From Eledone cirrhosa (Eukaryota): 64,000 bases of DNA. Location of the stretch: contig OZ024740.1 in assembly GCA_964016885.1 (NCBI GenBank), forward strand, positions 336,164,001 to 336,228,000, in the 5' to 3' direction. Below are positions 26,370 through 40,800 of the stretch, in pieces. A model generated the notes under the pieces. The model searched no databases and was not told the DNA's origin. It saw only the letters and a list, made by a program, of their open reading frames with translations. A program made the translations under genes and the position numbers. Every line of letters begins with the position of its first letter. Position 1 is the stretch's first letter.

Positions 26370-27194
26370 TATATATATATATGAGCGTGGGTGTGTGTAT
26401 GTATGTATTTATATATGTATGCATGTATATACAATCTACTGGGTATGTATGTAGCCATTGTTTATATAATACTATATAATAAATAATTATTACTGCAATT
26501 GATTATTTCTTACCGATTCCGAGACTTCACACATTTACATTTAATTAGCTTATATATGTTTCTGGTAAGTTAAGTAGTAAATCAATAAACCAGTATCCAG
26601 ACACTGAGTTCGATACTAACATAGACTGAGAAAGCTGAAGATCGGGATGATTAATCAGTTTTTACAAGATAAATATATTTCTGCATTGCTCGAGCAATTG
26701 TGTATAAGAAAATTTATGTATATTTTCTGCAGCTAATTTACCATTCCCAAACAGCATAATATCTCCAAATTGATTGAGAACTGTGCTCATAGCAGGGGAA
26801 TTTTTCTGCAATATATTTATCCAAGAGGGCAACTAAATAAATAAATTCAAAACGCAGGCACAGACCTATACTTAAGGAGTTCAGTTCGCAACCATGTGGT
26901 TTCAGATTCAGTTCCAGAATGCTTTGTGAATGAAATTTCGCTGTATGTATATACGTATGATCTTCTGATTTCATGATTTTATAGATTTTTCTCAATAGAG
27001 AGAGAATATGTTTTTAACAGAGAGACTAAACTCTTTCATTGGAATTTAGACAATACCAACTAGATAAATATGTATGTATAACTGCATGCGTGCGTGTGTG
27101 TGTGTACAGATATGGATGCCATTGTATGTGTGGATCTGTATGCTTTTAGTTGTGTGTACACGTGCATATGTTTTGTATATATATATATATATAT

Positions 27195-27900
27195 GTGTGT
27201 GGCCCTTAGCAATAAGTAATTTTCTGAAAGTTAAACTTTTGCTGCCCCCACACCCTAATCGAGTTCCAATCAACAAAAGCACAGGGTGTGCAAAATTTCA
27301 GCTCAATTGGACAACTGTTAGGCGACCCTCAAACGCCTTGAAGTTGGCACATAGTATACGCAACGATTAATTCTATTCAAAAGTGGTATACTGTTCCCTA
27401 TCTCAACCATTTTCTTTTTTCTTCTTAGAGAAATTTATGTGGAGACCTCCAGGCAACCCCAGCAAATGTTTAAAAACGTTCTGAATCAAATTTACCAATA
27501 ATTAATTTGAAAAGTTCCTGAAATAACATGAAAAACTTAAGAAATATTAGGTTTTCTTAATAAAGCACACAACTTCTATAAGAGAAAAGCATTTTTATTT
27601 ACAACAATAATTTCTATATATTGAATATTGAATATTATGTTTGCGTAAGAGAGGATTTTATCTTTGGTGAGAATGCTATTGTAATCCTGAATGAGTTTGA
27701 CACCTCTTTCTGCAACATCATTCTCAACAACTGTCTTCTCAAGTTTTCCAAGTTTACTTTTGTAAACATGTTGAAGGGATTTTGTCGAGGAAATCGGTGC
27801 TGATAGAAAATCTAGTGAAGAAAGTTTTGTACCAGGAGTTACAAAAGACGAAAACACGATGTTTGTAAGGGAAGAAAAGTCATTTTGGTGCAGTATGTAC
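27195..27900 (-). mobile_element. DNA transposon remnant (terminus plus transposase C-terminus), possibly Sola2-like
   Basis: VVENDVAERGVKLIQDYNSILTKD motif. The terminus gtgtggcccttagcaata is shared with the element at 32117. Confidence 0.55.
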
Positions 27901-27984
27901 CTCTTCAGTTGATTTTTTTCTTCTTCCTCTTCTTCACCTTTACCTGCCTCCAGCATAACTTGAGCAATATTTGCCTTAACATCT

Positions 27985-28270
27985 CCTTGCTCTCCTTTTA
28001 TCCTTGCTCTCCTTTTCTCATTGCTCTCATTTTTCCATTGCTCTCCTTTTCCCATTGCTCTCCTTGCTCTTCTTTTCTCATTACTCTCCTTGCTCTCCTT
28101 GCTCTCCTTTTCTCATTGCTTTCCTGGCTCCCCTTTTCTTATTACTCCCCTTGCTCTCCTTTTATTCTTACTTTCCTTTGCTCATTGCTCTCCTTGCTTC
28201 CCTTTTCTCATTGCTCTCCTTGCTCTCCTCTTCTCTTTTGCTCTCCTTGCTCTCCTTGCTCTCCTTTTCT
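27985..28270. repeat. TTGCTCTCC-based minisatellite
   Basis: Degenerate 9- and 18-bp units. Confidence 0.85.
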
Positions 28271-28583
28271 TGTTTATATACAAATACAATGAAAAAAGGG
28301 GAGCAAGGAGAAATATGAAAGCAAGGATATATGTATATATAGGAAAAAGTAAGACCCCGACGGCAGAGCTCAAGCCGTTTCGACGGCTATTTCTGGACTA
28401 AATTAGAATTTTTAGCCTGGTGAAAAATTCTAATTTAGTCCAGAAATAGCCGTCGAAACGGCTTGAGCTCCGCCGTCGGGGTCTTACTTTTTCCTATTTC
28501 CCACACTACTACCCTAAGTATTGAGTACTCTGGTGCGTTATGGTCTATCTGGTTCCTTACCACAATTCCTTTGTTATATATAC

Positions 28584-28651
<68 letters not shown>

Positions 28652-29624
28652 TAATATAACAGATTAAAGTTTAAGCAAAGAATCGCTGTTTTCACCCTTT
28701 TTTACATATTCTGGTATTTAGGGTTTGGTTATGTGTATATGGGAGTTTTGCGTCTGCGTGAGTATGCAGGTTCGTACGTATGGTGGGTGTGTGTATATGT
28801 GTACTTCTTGTTTTAGTTGACTTACGTCTCCGAACTTTCGTGTAGTTATTTGTAGGTATGTGTGTGCGCTTGTTATATACGTATTTATTTACTTATATAC
28901 GTTTATATAATTATTTATTTATTTGTACACAACCATACACACATACACATATTTATACGTGCGTGGTTTTGTATACCTATGGTAAGTGTTTTGCGTATGC
29001 TTGTGTATGTACGGTTTTGTTTGCGTGTATGTATTTATTTGTTTCTATTACTTCTGTATTGTATTTATTTACTTTGTTCTTAACTCTATAGCGGAGATTC
29101 ATTCGGTCTCCTAGTTAGAATTTTAGTCTACAACTTCCGCTATACCATTTACGTGGTTTTGTCTTTGCGTGCTATTGTTCTCCACGGTCCACATATGACT
29201 TATTATCTTCGTTTTTTCGTTCATTGCCAGAGAACGTCTCTATGCACCACTTAGAGAACATTAGTCTACGACCTCTTTTATACCATAAACGTGGTTCTGT
29301 CTTTGCGCGTAATTGTTTTTCACCGCTCCTATTAATGACGTATTATTCGTTTTTTCCCGTTCTTTGCCAGCGAACGTCACCATGAACCAAAGTATCGTCT
29401 TCCTGTCTTCCTCCGGTTGCAACGTTTTTTGAAATATCCAGTTCTGCGTTTACAGATTGACTTTGTTAGTTTCAGAAGATCCCGTTAAGGGTGAAAGCAG
29501 CGATTCTTTGCTTAAACTTTAATCTGTTATATTAATAAATATTTGCTCTTCGGTTCTTATATATTTGATATATATTTTCCTTATCGAGCCCTCTTTGGAT
29601 TTTAGTCTTCAATTTTATTATTAT

Positions 29625-29663
<39 letters not shown>

Positions 29664-29900
29664 CAAATGGAAACTATATTTATAAAACCATATTTATTTC
29701 ATTATACATATTTCAAGGGCCACCAAGGCAAACTATGGTGCGCTTTCAGCAGATAAAATATAATATAGGTTAGTTTTATAAATAAATATTGACATACCCT
29801 GAAAAAATATTGTATATTTACTCCAATAATTTATTGAGTGCTTTATATCAGTTATAAAAATGTTTTGCTTGTTGTATCCCAACAAATTAAATATAACTTC

Positions 29901-29973
<73 letters not shown>

Positions 29974-30262
29974 GTAATCCATACATGTATTTATTATGTT
30001 TTAATATCTCTATGTGTGCATATTCTTTTAATATCCAATTGAGTTCTTATACACGTAGTTAATACCTAACAGGTTTAAATGACCACCGTGTATATTGTTT
30101 TATTTTAAGATGACCTCCCCTTACCCTCTTGGGGACAGCGTGTATTTTATCTTTGGGAGGACTGCTGGATTTTCTAAACTACCAGTCTCTTCTTAGCGCT
30201 GAGGGAGATCATCACTAATCTATTAATTTCGATATAATTCTCATATCGATATTATTTGGGCA

Positions 30263-30367
30263 TCCACTGATGAGTTTCTAAGTGCCCGCTTGTGTATAAG
30301 TTTCTACATAACCTGGAAATTATTTATCCCAAATTGTAGAAATCTTATAACGAAACAGCCGTCTGGA
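30263..30367 (+). ncRNA. Hammerhead motif with a long stem II
   Basis: tcca-CTGATGA-gtt..tttctaca/tgtagaaa..aac-GAAA-cagccg-TC-tgga. Confidence 0.7.
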
Positions 30368-30544
30368 AGGAAAGAGATATTTATTTAATAATGTCTCATA
30401 TAAAATAATACAACCAGCTATCCACGAAATACTGATTAGTTAGCACCCAAACACTAAATTGGGAAAATACTTAGGTATATCCTAATGTTTGTTGAGTGAG
30501 ATGGAGTTGGTCAGAGTATCGCTTAAGGCTTTCTCTGTTTATGT

Positions 30545-31152
<608 letters not shown>

Positions 31153-31250
31153 AGATGATTGAATGTCTGAAAGTATATACTTTCCTTATGCATATTAACG
31201 GCTGAGCAGCCGTACTTTCAGACGTTCAATCATCTGGCAGGAAGGTATAC

Positions 31251-31289
31251 GGTGCTGACGATACCTAATAAGCTAGAAACTAGTACATC
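31251..31289 (+). ncRNA. Minimal hammerhead motif
   Basis: ggtg-CTGACGA-tacctaataagcta-GAAA-ctag-TA-catc. Confidence 0.7.
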
Positions 31290-31722
31290 TTTCCTTTGGA
31301 CAAAAGGGCAACAATGGTTGCTAGACACTGTGCGGCTTAATTCGGGATGTTTGTTTACAAACACACCGAGCATTATAATAAATGTTCTGTAAATCCATAC
31401 GTACATATATATATATGTGCATGTATGTATATATATACATACTACTGTACGTCTGTATACATATATGTATGTACGTATACATACTTATATTTAAGTAACA
31501 GCAGTACTAAGAGTGAGAAATGAAATTTCGTGTCATTTTTTCCGTTTATATATATATATAGTATAAAAAATGAAAAATCAGTGATGCATCTGGACTCAGT
31601 TTAGTCCAGATGCATCACTGATTTTTCGTTTTTTATACTATTCACACTCTGCTCTGTAAGAATATTGAGTGCTAATTTTGGCATACCGCCTATGGAAGCA
31701 CCATACCTACCATTATACACAA

Positions 31723-31827
<105 letters not shown>

Positions 31828-31993
31828 GAGGTTATATTTCATTTGTTGGGATACAGCAACCAAAATATGTTTATAACTGATATAAAGCACTCAATAAATT
31901 ATTGGAGTAAATATACAATATATTAACAAATGGAAACTATATTTATAAAACCATATTTATTTCATTATACATATTTCAAGGGCCACCAAGGCA

Positions 31994-32070
<77 letters not shown>

Positions 32071-32116
32071 GTTCTCATTTCTCTCAGCTGTCAACCACAT
32101 ACGGATATATGTATAT

Positions 32117-32488
32117 TAGTGTGGCCCTTAGCAATAGATAATTTTCCGAAAATTAAAATTTTGCTATTCTCACAGCTAAAAATAGGTGATTTCCCTCTAC
32201 CTGCGCTCTGTCCCCAGCTTTGCATAATATTTATTGTCACGTATCCTTCTAATACCAAGAATAAGTCTGAACCAGTTTTTAATTTAAAAGAAAATTTGAT
32301 AAAAAATTTGTTTCTGAAAAATGACTTTCCGGACGAAAACTTCAAACTTTTACGGTCGATGAGGGTCACCTTGCAGTTGTCTGCTTGAGCTAAAGTTTTG
32401 CATAGATTGTTGTTTTTTTTGTTAAGTGGAACAAGGTAGGGGGGTGAGAGCTAAACTTTTAGGAAGTTGAAAAATAAGGGCTACCCTA
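32117..32488. mobile_element. MITE-like element with 14-bp terminal inverted repeats
   Basis: tagtgtggccctta (32117) pairs with taagggctacccta (32475-32488), 2 mismatches. Confidence 0.65.
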
Positions 32489-32559
32489 GTGTGTATATCT
32501 AGTTATTACATGCAGAAGGTTTGGAAGGTTTTATATATGTTTATAGTTCCATTAATGGA

Positions 32560-33030
32560 TTGTACTTGTAACTTCCTAATTAGTCATATCTTTCTGTTTC
32601 TGTGAAACCCAGCTTCTCAAGATTTGTACTGAGGCAGTTAGTAACATATCCCAGAGCCCCAATAATTACAGGTATAAATCTGAAGGTATAGTCAGATTCC
32701 TCATTCGTTTTACATAGATGTTCTCCTTTTCGCTAATCTTTAATATTATATTAGTATCTACTTAGCAGCTGACCTCCGCTATTGTGCATGTCTTGTTCTC
32801 GCTGTTTCATATCACTAGATCTGGTCTGTTGAATTTTATTGGGGTTTTGACTGCAACATTTCACCAGTACTCTTTATATTATGCATGTTTTCCACATTGC
32901 TGTAACTTTCAATATATTTAGTCTTTTCTACGGATTGCATTGTATTGTGTTTTGACCACTACATCGTGCCTCATAGGTAGATAGTAACGTGATGACATTT
33001 TTGAACAGCTCCTTATGACATTGGTGACAT
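32560..33030 (-). mobile_element. Decayed 3' fragment of an RLE-type non-LTR element
   Basis: RHDVVVK and YTFRFIPVIIGALGYV remnants. Confidence 0.65.
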
Positions 33031-34912
33031 GTATGCATGTATGTAAATATGTATGTATGCATAACGCCTTCGGGGCCCTTTTAGAAAATAATAATTTTAG
33101 AGATTTTATTTTAGTGGTTAGGCTCAGAAGTCGTGAATTCGATTCCTGGTGACGCGTTGTGTCGTTGACCAAGAAACTATATTATATGTTGCCCCGATCC
33201 ACTCAGCTAACAAAAATGAGTCGTATCAGTAATACGAGGGTCCAGTCTTGTCACACACTGTGTCACACTGATTTTCCCTCAGAAATACGTGTAGCATACA
33301 CGCGTATAAGGAATGCTCAGCTACTTGCATGTGAATTTCATTGTCGCACAACTACAACATATGTTACCGGAACTAACGGGGGTCTGACATCACATTCCAC
33401 TGTATTCATATCTAATGGTTAATTACGAGAGGAATTGTTTTACACTAAACTACACACTTGTGTCGAAGATTCAGTAATTTCATATTTCAGAGTCACAGGT
33501 ATCCATTAATAGCTTAGTCTTACTATCTTCAGCGCAGGAGACAAATAATTTTAGTAGCAGTGATCCCTAAAATGTCGACAGCGTCAATCGAAACCGGTTC
33601 CTGACTAATTTCCTGCACCGTTGTATTTGGTAGCATATTAATTTGTTTTGTTTTAAGTTGTTTTGGGGTTCATCTTTTTTTTTTATATTTTCCAATTTTT
33701 GAGGAGGGGGAAACCGATTAGATACATCCAGTATTTAACAGACACTTTAATTTATTGACCCCGGAAGGATGAAATGAAAAGTTGACCTCAGCGGGATTCG
33801 AACACATTTGTTGTTGTTTGTTAATAACATTTACTCTTAATAATCATTGAATCATCATCGAAAACCTTTTGACATTGGCGACAATTCAAACTGAGACGTC
33901 CAAGTGTATTGATCGTGGTAGGTTATTAGAGTATTAGCCTTGAGAGATTGGCAAATGGCTCTCCTGAAAATCCCTTCCATTAGACAAAATGAACCTATAT
34001 TTATCGTTGCATGAGGTGTTGGAAATGTAACGTTCCTGCCTTTCTCAAGAATATTTGTGCTGCATCCTAGAACAGAAAATGTGTGTTCGTCTTGACTTGG
34101 AGAGACTTTACCTCGTGTGGTACATTACTTGCCGCTCTCTCGTATTCAACATTGCTAATGAAACCACAATGTTTATGCTACATCAACTTTCAAAGATGAT
34201 AAGGTCGGAATTGTTTGACTAAGTTGTTATAGCTGAATGGCATTGTTTAACGTTAAGTTCATAGCTTGGCAGCGCAAGATAAGATTATCACACGAAGATT
34301 AGCGAATGATAAAGATAATTTAATTTTTAGTTATAGACCACAACACTTGGCTAGAGAATCTAGAGAGCAGGACATTTTATTAGTTATAGAACAAATGAGA
34401 GATTTCCAACAAAGAGTAATAGCGATTTTTATCAGGAACGACGACGATTTAAGTAGTGCAATGTTTGCTATTTTCTAGAGAGATAAAAGGAAATGTATGT
34501 AAAACTTTTAAGAGGAGAAATAAAATCCTACGCAGCTTAATTTATCTGCAGCTTAATAAAGAAAAGAAACAAAGATAAAGAAAGAGAAAGTAGTGGAGAA
34601 AGAAAGAGAATAAGAAAGTAGTGAAGAGACAAAGAGAAAGAGAAAGTGGTGGAGAGAGAAAGAAAAGGAGAAAGTGGAGGAGACAAGGAGAGAAAGAGAA
34701 AGGGAAGTGATCATTACAGAAGAATACATTGTAGTCAAACATTGAGTTTCAGACACTGTTGAAGTTCAAAACTTCCAAACAATTCCTTTAACCAGACAGC
34801 AAAAGCAATAAAAGAAAAGTCGCCACTCCTCCACAGTATTCCTTATTACTTTTACAGGACCCATGTTTAGCTTCGGTTATATAACCTGACTAAATCTGTC
34901 CCTAGATAACAG

Positions 34913-34988
34913 GATGATGATGATGATGATGATGATACTGACGATGAGGGTGATGATAACGATGAGGATGATGATTGCGACAAAGAAG

Positions 34989-35020
<32 letters not shown>

Positions 35021-35152
35021 GAAGAAGAAGAAGAAGAAGAAGAAGAAGAAGAAGAAGAAGAAGAAGAAGAAGAAGAACAACAACAACAACAACAACAACA
35101 ACAACGACGACGACGACGACGACGAAAACAGCAACAACAACAACAATAACAA
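34913..35152. repeat. Compound (GAT)n(GAA)n(CAA)n(CGA)n
   Basis: Directly visible. Confidence 0.95.
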
Positions 35153-35382
35153 CTAAGACACCGACAATATTCCCAAATTATTTGGTACATATACACGAAA
35201 AACAGCTTGGTCAACTGAAATAATGTAAGATGTGAAACATAATAAAAGCCTACATGAAATTTGAACTTACAACCTATAGCGTTCGTCTAAATTGTATAGG
35301 AGAGAGATCTAGTTCAATACATTATATATGATCAATTCGTGAATGGTGTAATGAGCCCCGCACAAAATAATATGAGAAATAA

Positions 35383-35935
35383 CAATAATTGTTTCTACTT
35401 TAGGCACAAGGCCAGCAATTACCCAGTACATTACTGGTACTTTATTTTATCGACCCCGTAAGGATGAAAGGCAAAGTCAACCTCGGCGGGATTTGAACTC
35501 AGACTGTAAAGGGACGTAACTATGCTGGAAAGCATGGCGTCCGACCCTCTACCGATACTGCCAATCCTTCTACTATAGGCAATTTGGGGAGGAGAAAGTC
35601 GATTAAATCGACGCCAGTGCATTACTGGTGCTTTATTTTATCGACCCCCTAAAGGTGAAAGGTAAAGCTAACCTCAGCAGCATTTGAACTCAGAACGTAA
35701 AGGGCCATAATTCTATGAGCAATAACAATAATACATTTAAATTAATGGTTTCTGATATAGGCACAAGGCCAGCAATTTTGGGGGAGGGGAAAGTCGATTA
35801 AATCGGCCCCAGTGCGTGACTGTAACTTATTTTATTGACCCCGTAAGGATGAAAGGTAAAGTTAACCTCGGCGTATTTAAACTCAGGCCGTAAAGGGCCG
35901 TAACTCTATGAGCAATAACAATAATACATTTAAAT
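35383..35935 (-). mobile_element. Cluster of three family A SINE copies
   Basis: Three reverse-complement cores near 35450, 35640 and 35840. Confidence 0.85.
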
Positions 35936-36617
35936 TAATAACACTAGAAATGTCCTATAGGGAACATATTCGCATCAGTGATTTAGACATAATCAATAAC
36001 TCTCAGCCATTTAGAAATAGCATTAATAACGATGATGGTGCACTTGATGATGATGATAATGATGATGGTAATAGGGGAAGGAGTATGTTAGTAGTCATGA
36101 TGGTGGTGACTTCTTCAATCAAGCATAGACTTAACCGTACTTAACGAATTAGTGATGGAAGAATCACTAAATACACGTATAGGAATATACAGTGGTTGAC
36201 CGTTAGTCCCTATTCAAATAAATAGAAATAAATATAGGAATGAAGGAATGGAAAACAGGAATGAAAAAAATAAACGTAATCATATAATTAAGAAAAGTAC
36301 TGAAGAAATAGTGCGATCACACATAGTTACCGGAGCAAGGAATGTATTAAAGTAATCAGTGAGCCAGAATATGTCAATGTGAGGTGACAAGGGACGTTAG
36401 ATGATAGAGAGACAGAAAGATGTGAAAGACAGGTCGAACTTATGAAGATATTAGTCAATGATTATGTGAGTATATCAGTGTCTGTATAGAGATTCAGAAT
36501 AATGAGTTTAAACGTATATATATATATTATATCTATTCAGTTATTCTGTCTGCATTCTATGAATGGAAAGCGTTTACAAGAGTAATAATATATATATATT
36601 ATTATTATAATATATAT

Positions 36618-36808
36618 AAGGGAGGTGAATTAGCAGTAACGGTAGAGGGTCGGACATGCTTTCCAGCATAGTTACGTCTCTTTATGATCTGAATTCAAAT
36701 TCCTCTAAGGTTAACTTTGCCTTTCATCCTTACGGGGTCGATAAAATAAAGTACCAGTAATGTACTGGGTAATTGATGGCCTTGTGTCAAAAGTAGAAAC
36801 AATTATTA
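36618..36808 (+). mobile_element. Family A SINE
   Basis: Full head, core and tail. Confidence 0.85.
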
Positions 36809-37136
36809 TAATATTTATATATATATTATATATATATATATATATACCCATGGAGTGTAACGTGAAGTTACTGTAGGTTCACCCAGGTGAGCACTCGGTG
36901 TTTAGGTTCACGTCAGTGGCGAGGCGTAGAGCTAAACAGAGTGTAATATAATAATACAAGAACGATTTGTTAAGCCTTCATTACGTTTATTGGTTGGTGA
37001 CGCACGTTTCGCTACTGATCAGCTCAAGGTTCGATCTGTATCGATCTAGCCCGACTCTGGAATCAAAAGCTCGTCGGACCTCTGCTGTTGTAATAACGGA
37101 ATGAACATATGTTCATTCTGTTATTACAACAGAAGG

Positions 37137-37177
37137 GGTCCGACGAGCTTTTGGTCAATAGCGAAACGCGCGTCACC
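37137..37177 (+). ncRNA. Variant hammerhead with a CCGACGA core
   Basis: ggt-CCGACGA-gct/agc-GAAA-cgcgcg-TC-acc. The mirror copy at 36996-37080 (-) has a longer stem II. Confidence 0.7.
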
Positions 37178-37211
37178 AATCAATAAGCGTAATGAAGGCT
37201 TAACAAATCTA

Positions 37212-37255
<44 letters not shown>

Positions 37256-37485
37256 TAGATTTCTGTTGAGGAAAGAAGAGGGAAGATAATGAATGATATT
37301 CCGTATATCTGGCAGAAAAGGTACTTTATTTCATTTCAATGAGCAGTATCCTTTACAGGATATATATGGGGACTACCGTTTCTTTCGGTGAAATGAAAGA
37401 GAACTAGTTCTGTAAAGGATACTGCTCATTGAAATGAAATAAAGTACCTTTTCTGCCAGATATACGGAATATCATTCATTATCTA

Positions 37486-37526
<41 letters not shown>

Positions 37527-37802
37527 CAAGAGTAACCAATCTTAAAGAGAGAGATGGAGATAGGAGAGGAGATAGGAGAGGAGAAGAGAGATTGGTGAAT
37601 TAGTTAGAAGCCGAAGTGTAAAGGCATGTGCTCAATGTGCAATATGCAGTGGAAGGCAGCGAGGTGGCTGGGTTCATGCAGAGGTTGGGTGCACAGAGCT
37701 GAAAATATTCATTAGTTAAGCAAAACAAGACCACAAATTTCCCAAGGAAGACATTATTAAAAGATTGTCAACATAGTTTTTGTTTAATGTAAGGAATGTA
37801 GA

Positions 37803-37876
<74 letters not shown>

Positions 37877-37881
<5 letters not shown>

Positions 37882-40800
37882 TAAAAAAATGGCTATAAAT
37901 GGAAGAAGAAGAACCCCCCCCTCCTCTCCTCTGGCTACACTATATAGGACAGCTAAACTCACCAACACCAGAAACTAGATACACCACCCACCCCATCATC
38001 TGTGTACACTAAACACAACAGCATTTTCACCTTCACCGCCACCGCTCACTACGGCCATCATTACCACCACTATCCCATCACCGCCGCCACCACCCCTTGA
38101 CTCCTTCACTGCTGCTGCCACCGCTACAGCACCATCACTACAGTAATACGGTCGCATCACCGCCACCACTGCCTCGGTATCGACATCACCACCACCACTG
38201 TCTCAGTATCGCCAACGCCGCCAGTCTCTGCTGGCTGCCACTTCCACATTATAGAATTCCTACTACTAACAAAGAGGAAGGCATCAAAATATATAGATAG
38301 ACTCAAAAGAAAAAAGAAAAAACAAACAACAAAACCAAAGCAGCACAGCAACAACAGCAAAAAACGAGAAAAACAAACAGAGAAAAACAAAAACAAAAAA
38401 AGAAACCCCAAAAACGTAAAGAAAATAAGAATGAAGAGAGAAGCAGGAGGACGGACAGAGAAGAGGGGGGGAAAAAGTAAAACTTAAAAAACAAAAACTA
38501 AGTCAGACATTCGAATACTACATTACAATGAAACTTATGCTTATTCATTTTTGGGGCCCTTTCTGCCCGTGTGTTTGTTTGTTTATGTGTGTTCGTATAC
38601 AGCGTGGTGATAATGCCACACAAGGGCCAAGTGGGATGGCGGATCCACAGATGGCTATGTAAACATACATTCGCCAATCCTCGATAAGAGTGTTTAAATA
38701 TCGAACATAAACAGTTCGAATAACGGTGAAATGGAGACTAGAACATCATGTGACAGACTCTCACCCAACAGGTGCCCCCTGGCTCAGCAGCAGGAACCTG
38801 ACTGTCAACCAAATACTGCTGATGTTGGAGGAAGAAGAAGAAGGAAAGGGGCCAGAACCAACTGGACGAAAGAATTGAATAGAACTGTTATGCAATGCTA
38901 CCTGAAAAGTAACCCCAAGGAGAGGGGCTACAGGAGACGGATGCATAACATCTGGAACGAGATTGGTTTATTTAAATTAGATGAACAAAAATTGGCCGGG
39001 CAGGCTCGGGTAATAAGAACTAATGGGTGGATAAGCGAGCTGGAACTGGAGGAACTGAGCAGAGAGAATGGCTTGGAGATGGCGGGTGTAGTATGCCAGA
39101 CAAGCGAGCCGGCGGGAAATGAAGGTGAGGAGGTCCTGAGAACGGAGGAACCACCCGAAGCAGACAATGATCTGAATACTGAGATAAATAATACCTGGAA
39201 CAGAGATACGGCCACTGAGGAGATGAATGCTGGCGGGCTAGGACAAGATTCGGTTGACATCCTAAATTTAGTGGTAGATGAGTTGAACAATGATAGTGGG
39301 AGACCTATGAACCTAAGATTTGTAGACAGGAAAAAGTTAAAAGAAACAACAGCTAAGGTAAACAAAGTCATCCCATACCTTGAGGCGAGGAGTCTTCACC
39401 AGTGCAACAATATCCTCAAAGCAACAGCAAATACGGTGAGGAAACTACTTGGTATAAAAGCGAGAGGAAACAACAGACAAGAAAGAGCAGAGCCGTGGTG
39501 GAAGAAGCGACTGAGTGGGCAAATCGGGGAAATGAGAAATGACATAGGAAAGCTTGAGTCACTACTGAATGGGACACTAAAAAACATAGGCACTAAAAAT
39601 AGACTGGAAATAAAATACAAAACTAGGAGTAAAAAGCTAAATATTATCATAGAGGAATTGAAGCAACGCATTGTAGCAAAGAGTGCCAAAATCAGGCGAT
39701 ACGAGAACAGAGTCAGTCAGTATAAACAGAACCGCATGTTCGAAAACAACCAGAAGATGCTGTTTGGACAGCTTGAGGGGAAAGAAAGAGGCAACGACTT
39801 GATCCCTGGGGCGGAACAAGCTAAAACATTCTGGAGAGGAATATGGGAGCAGGATGTTAGACACAATGCCCAGGCAGGGTGGATTGAGACAGTACAGAGG
39901 GAGATCGGTGAGCAGGCACAGCAACAGACTGATTTGAGTATCACAGTTGAAACTCTTAAGGGGCAAGCCAAAAAACTAACCAACTGGAAATCACCAGGCC
40001 CAGATGGTGTGCAGGGGTATTGGATTAAACATTTAACATCCCTCCACCCGAAGCTGACGGCCATGTTCAATGACTGCTTGGTGTCGGGTGAGGTGCCAGA
40101 GTGGTTGACAAAAGGTACCACAGTTCTGATAATGAAAGACCGAATCAAGGGTAATGATGTTACCAACTATAGACCTATCACATGTCTGCCCGTAATGTGG
40201 AAACTGTTGACGAGCATTGTGTCTGAGGAAATCTATCATCACCTCCACACAAACAACTTGTTACCGGACGAACAGAAAGGATGCCGAAAGAAGTCACGTG
40301 GTACAAAGGACCAGTTGCTTATTGATAAGATGGTAATGGGGAATTGCAGGAGGAGACACACTGATCTTGCCATGGGATGGATAGACTACAGAAAGGCATT
40401 TGACATGGTGCCTCATTCCTGGATCACCAAAAGCCTGGAGATCTTCAGGGTGGCAGATAACATCAGACAGTTGCTGGGCAGGAGTATGGGGTCCTGGGAG
40501 ACAGAGTTGACATCAACTGGAGTATCCTTGGGAAGCGTGAAGATCAAGAGAGGTATCTTCCAGGGAGATAGCCTGTCCCCTCTGTTGTTTGTCCTTGCCC
40601 TGATGCCCTTGACCATTATGCTGCGAAAAGTGAGAGCAGGATACAAGTTGGGAAGGGGAGAGCTTACCATCAATCACCTCCTCTTCATGGACGATCTTAA
40701 GCTCTTCGGGAAAAGTGAGAAGGAGTTGGATGTGCTTGTTGACACTGTCCGTATTTTCAGCATTGATATATGTATGCAGTTTGGTATTGGTAAATGTGGA

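Noticed and set aside
38605-38650. Twister- or HDV-like ribozyme in the Dong leader (taatgccac...aagt...ggcgga)
   Set aside because: P2-like pairing exists, but P4 and the T1 pseudoknot do not pair.
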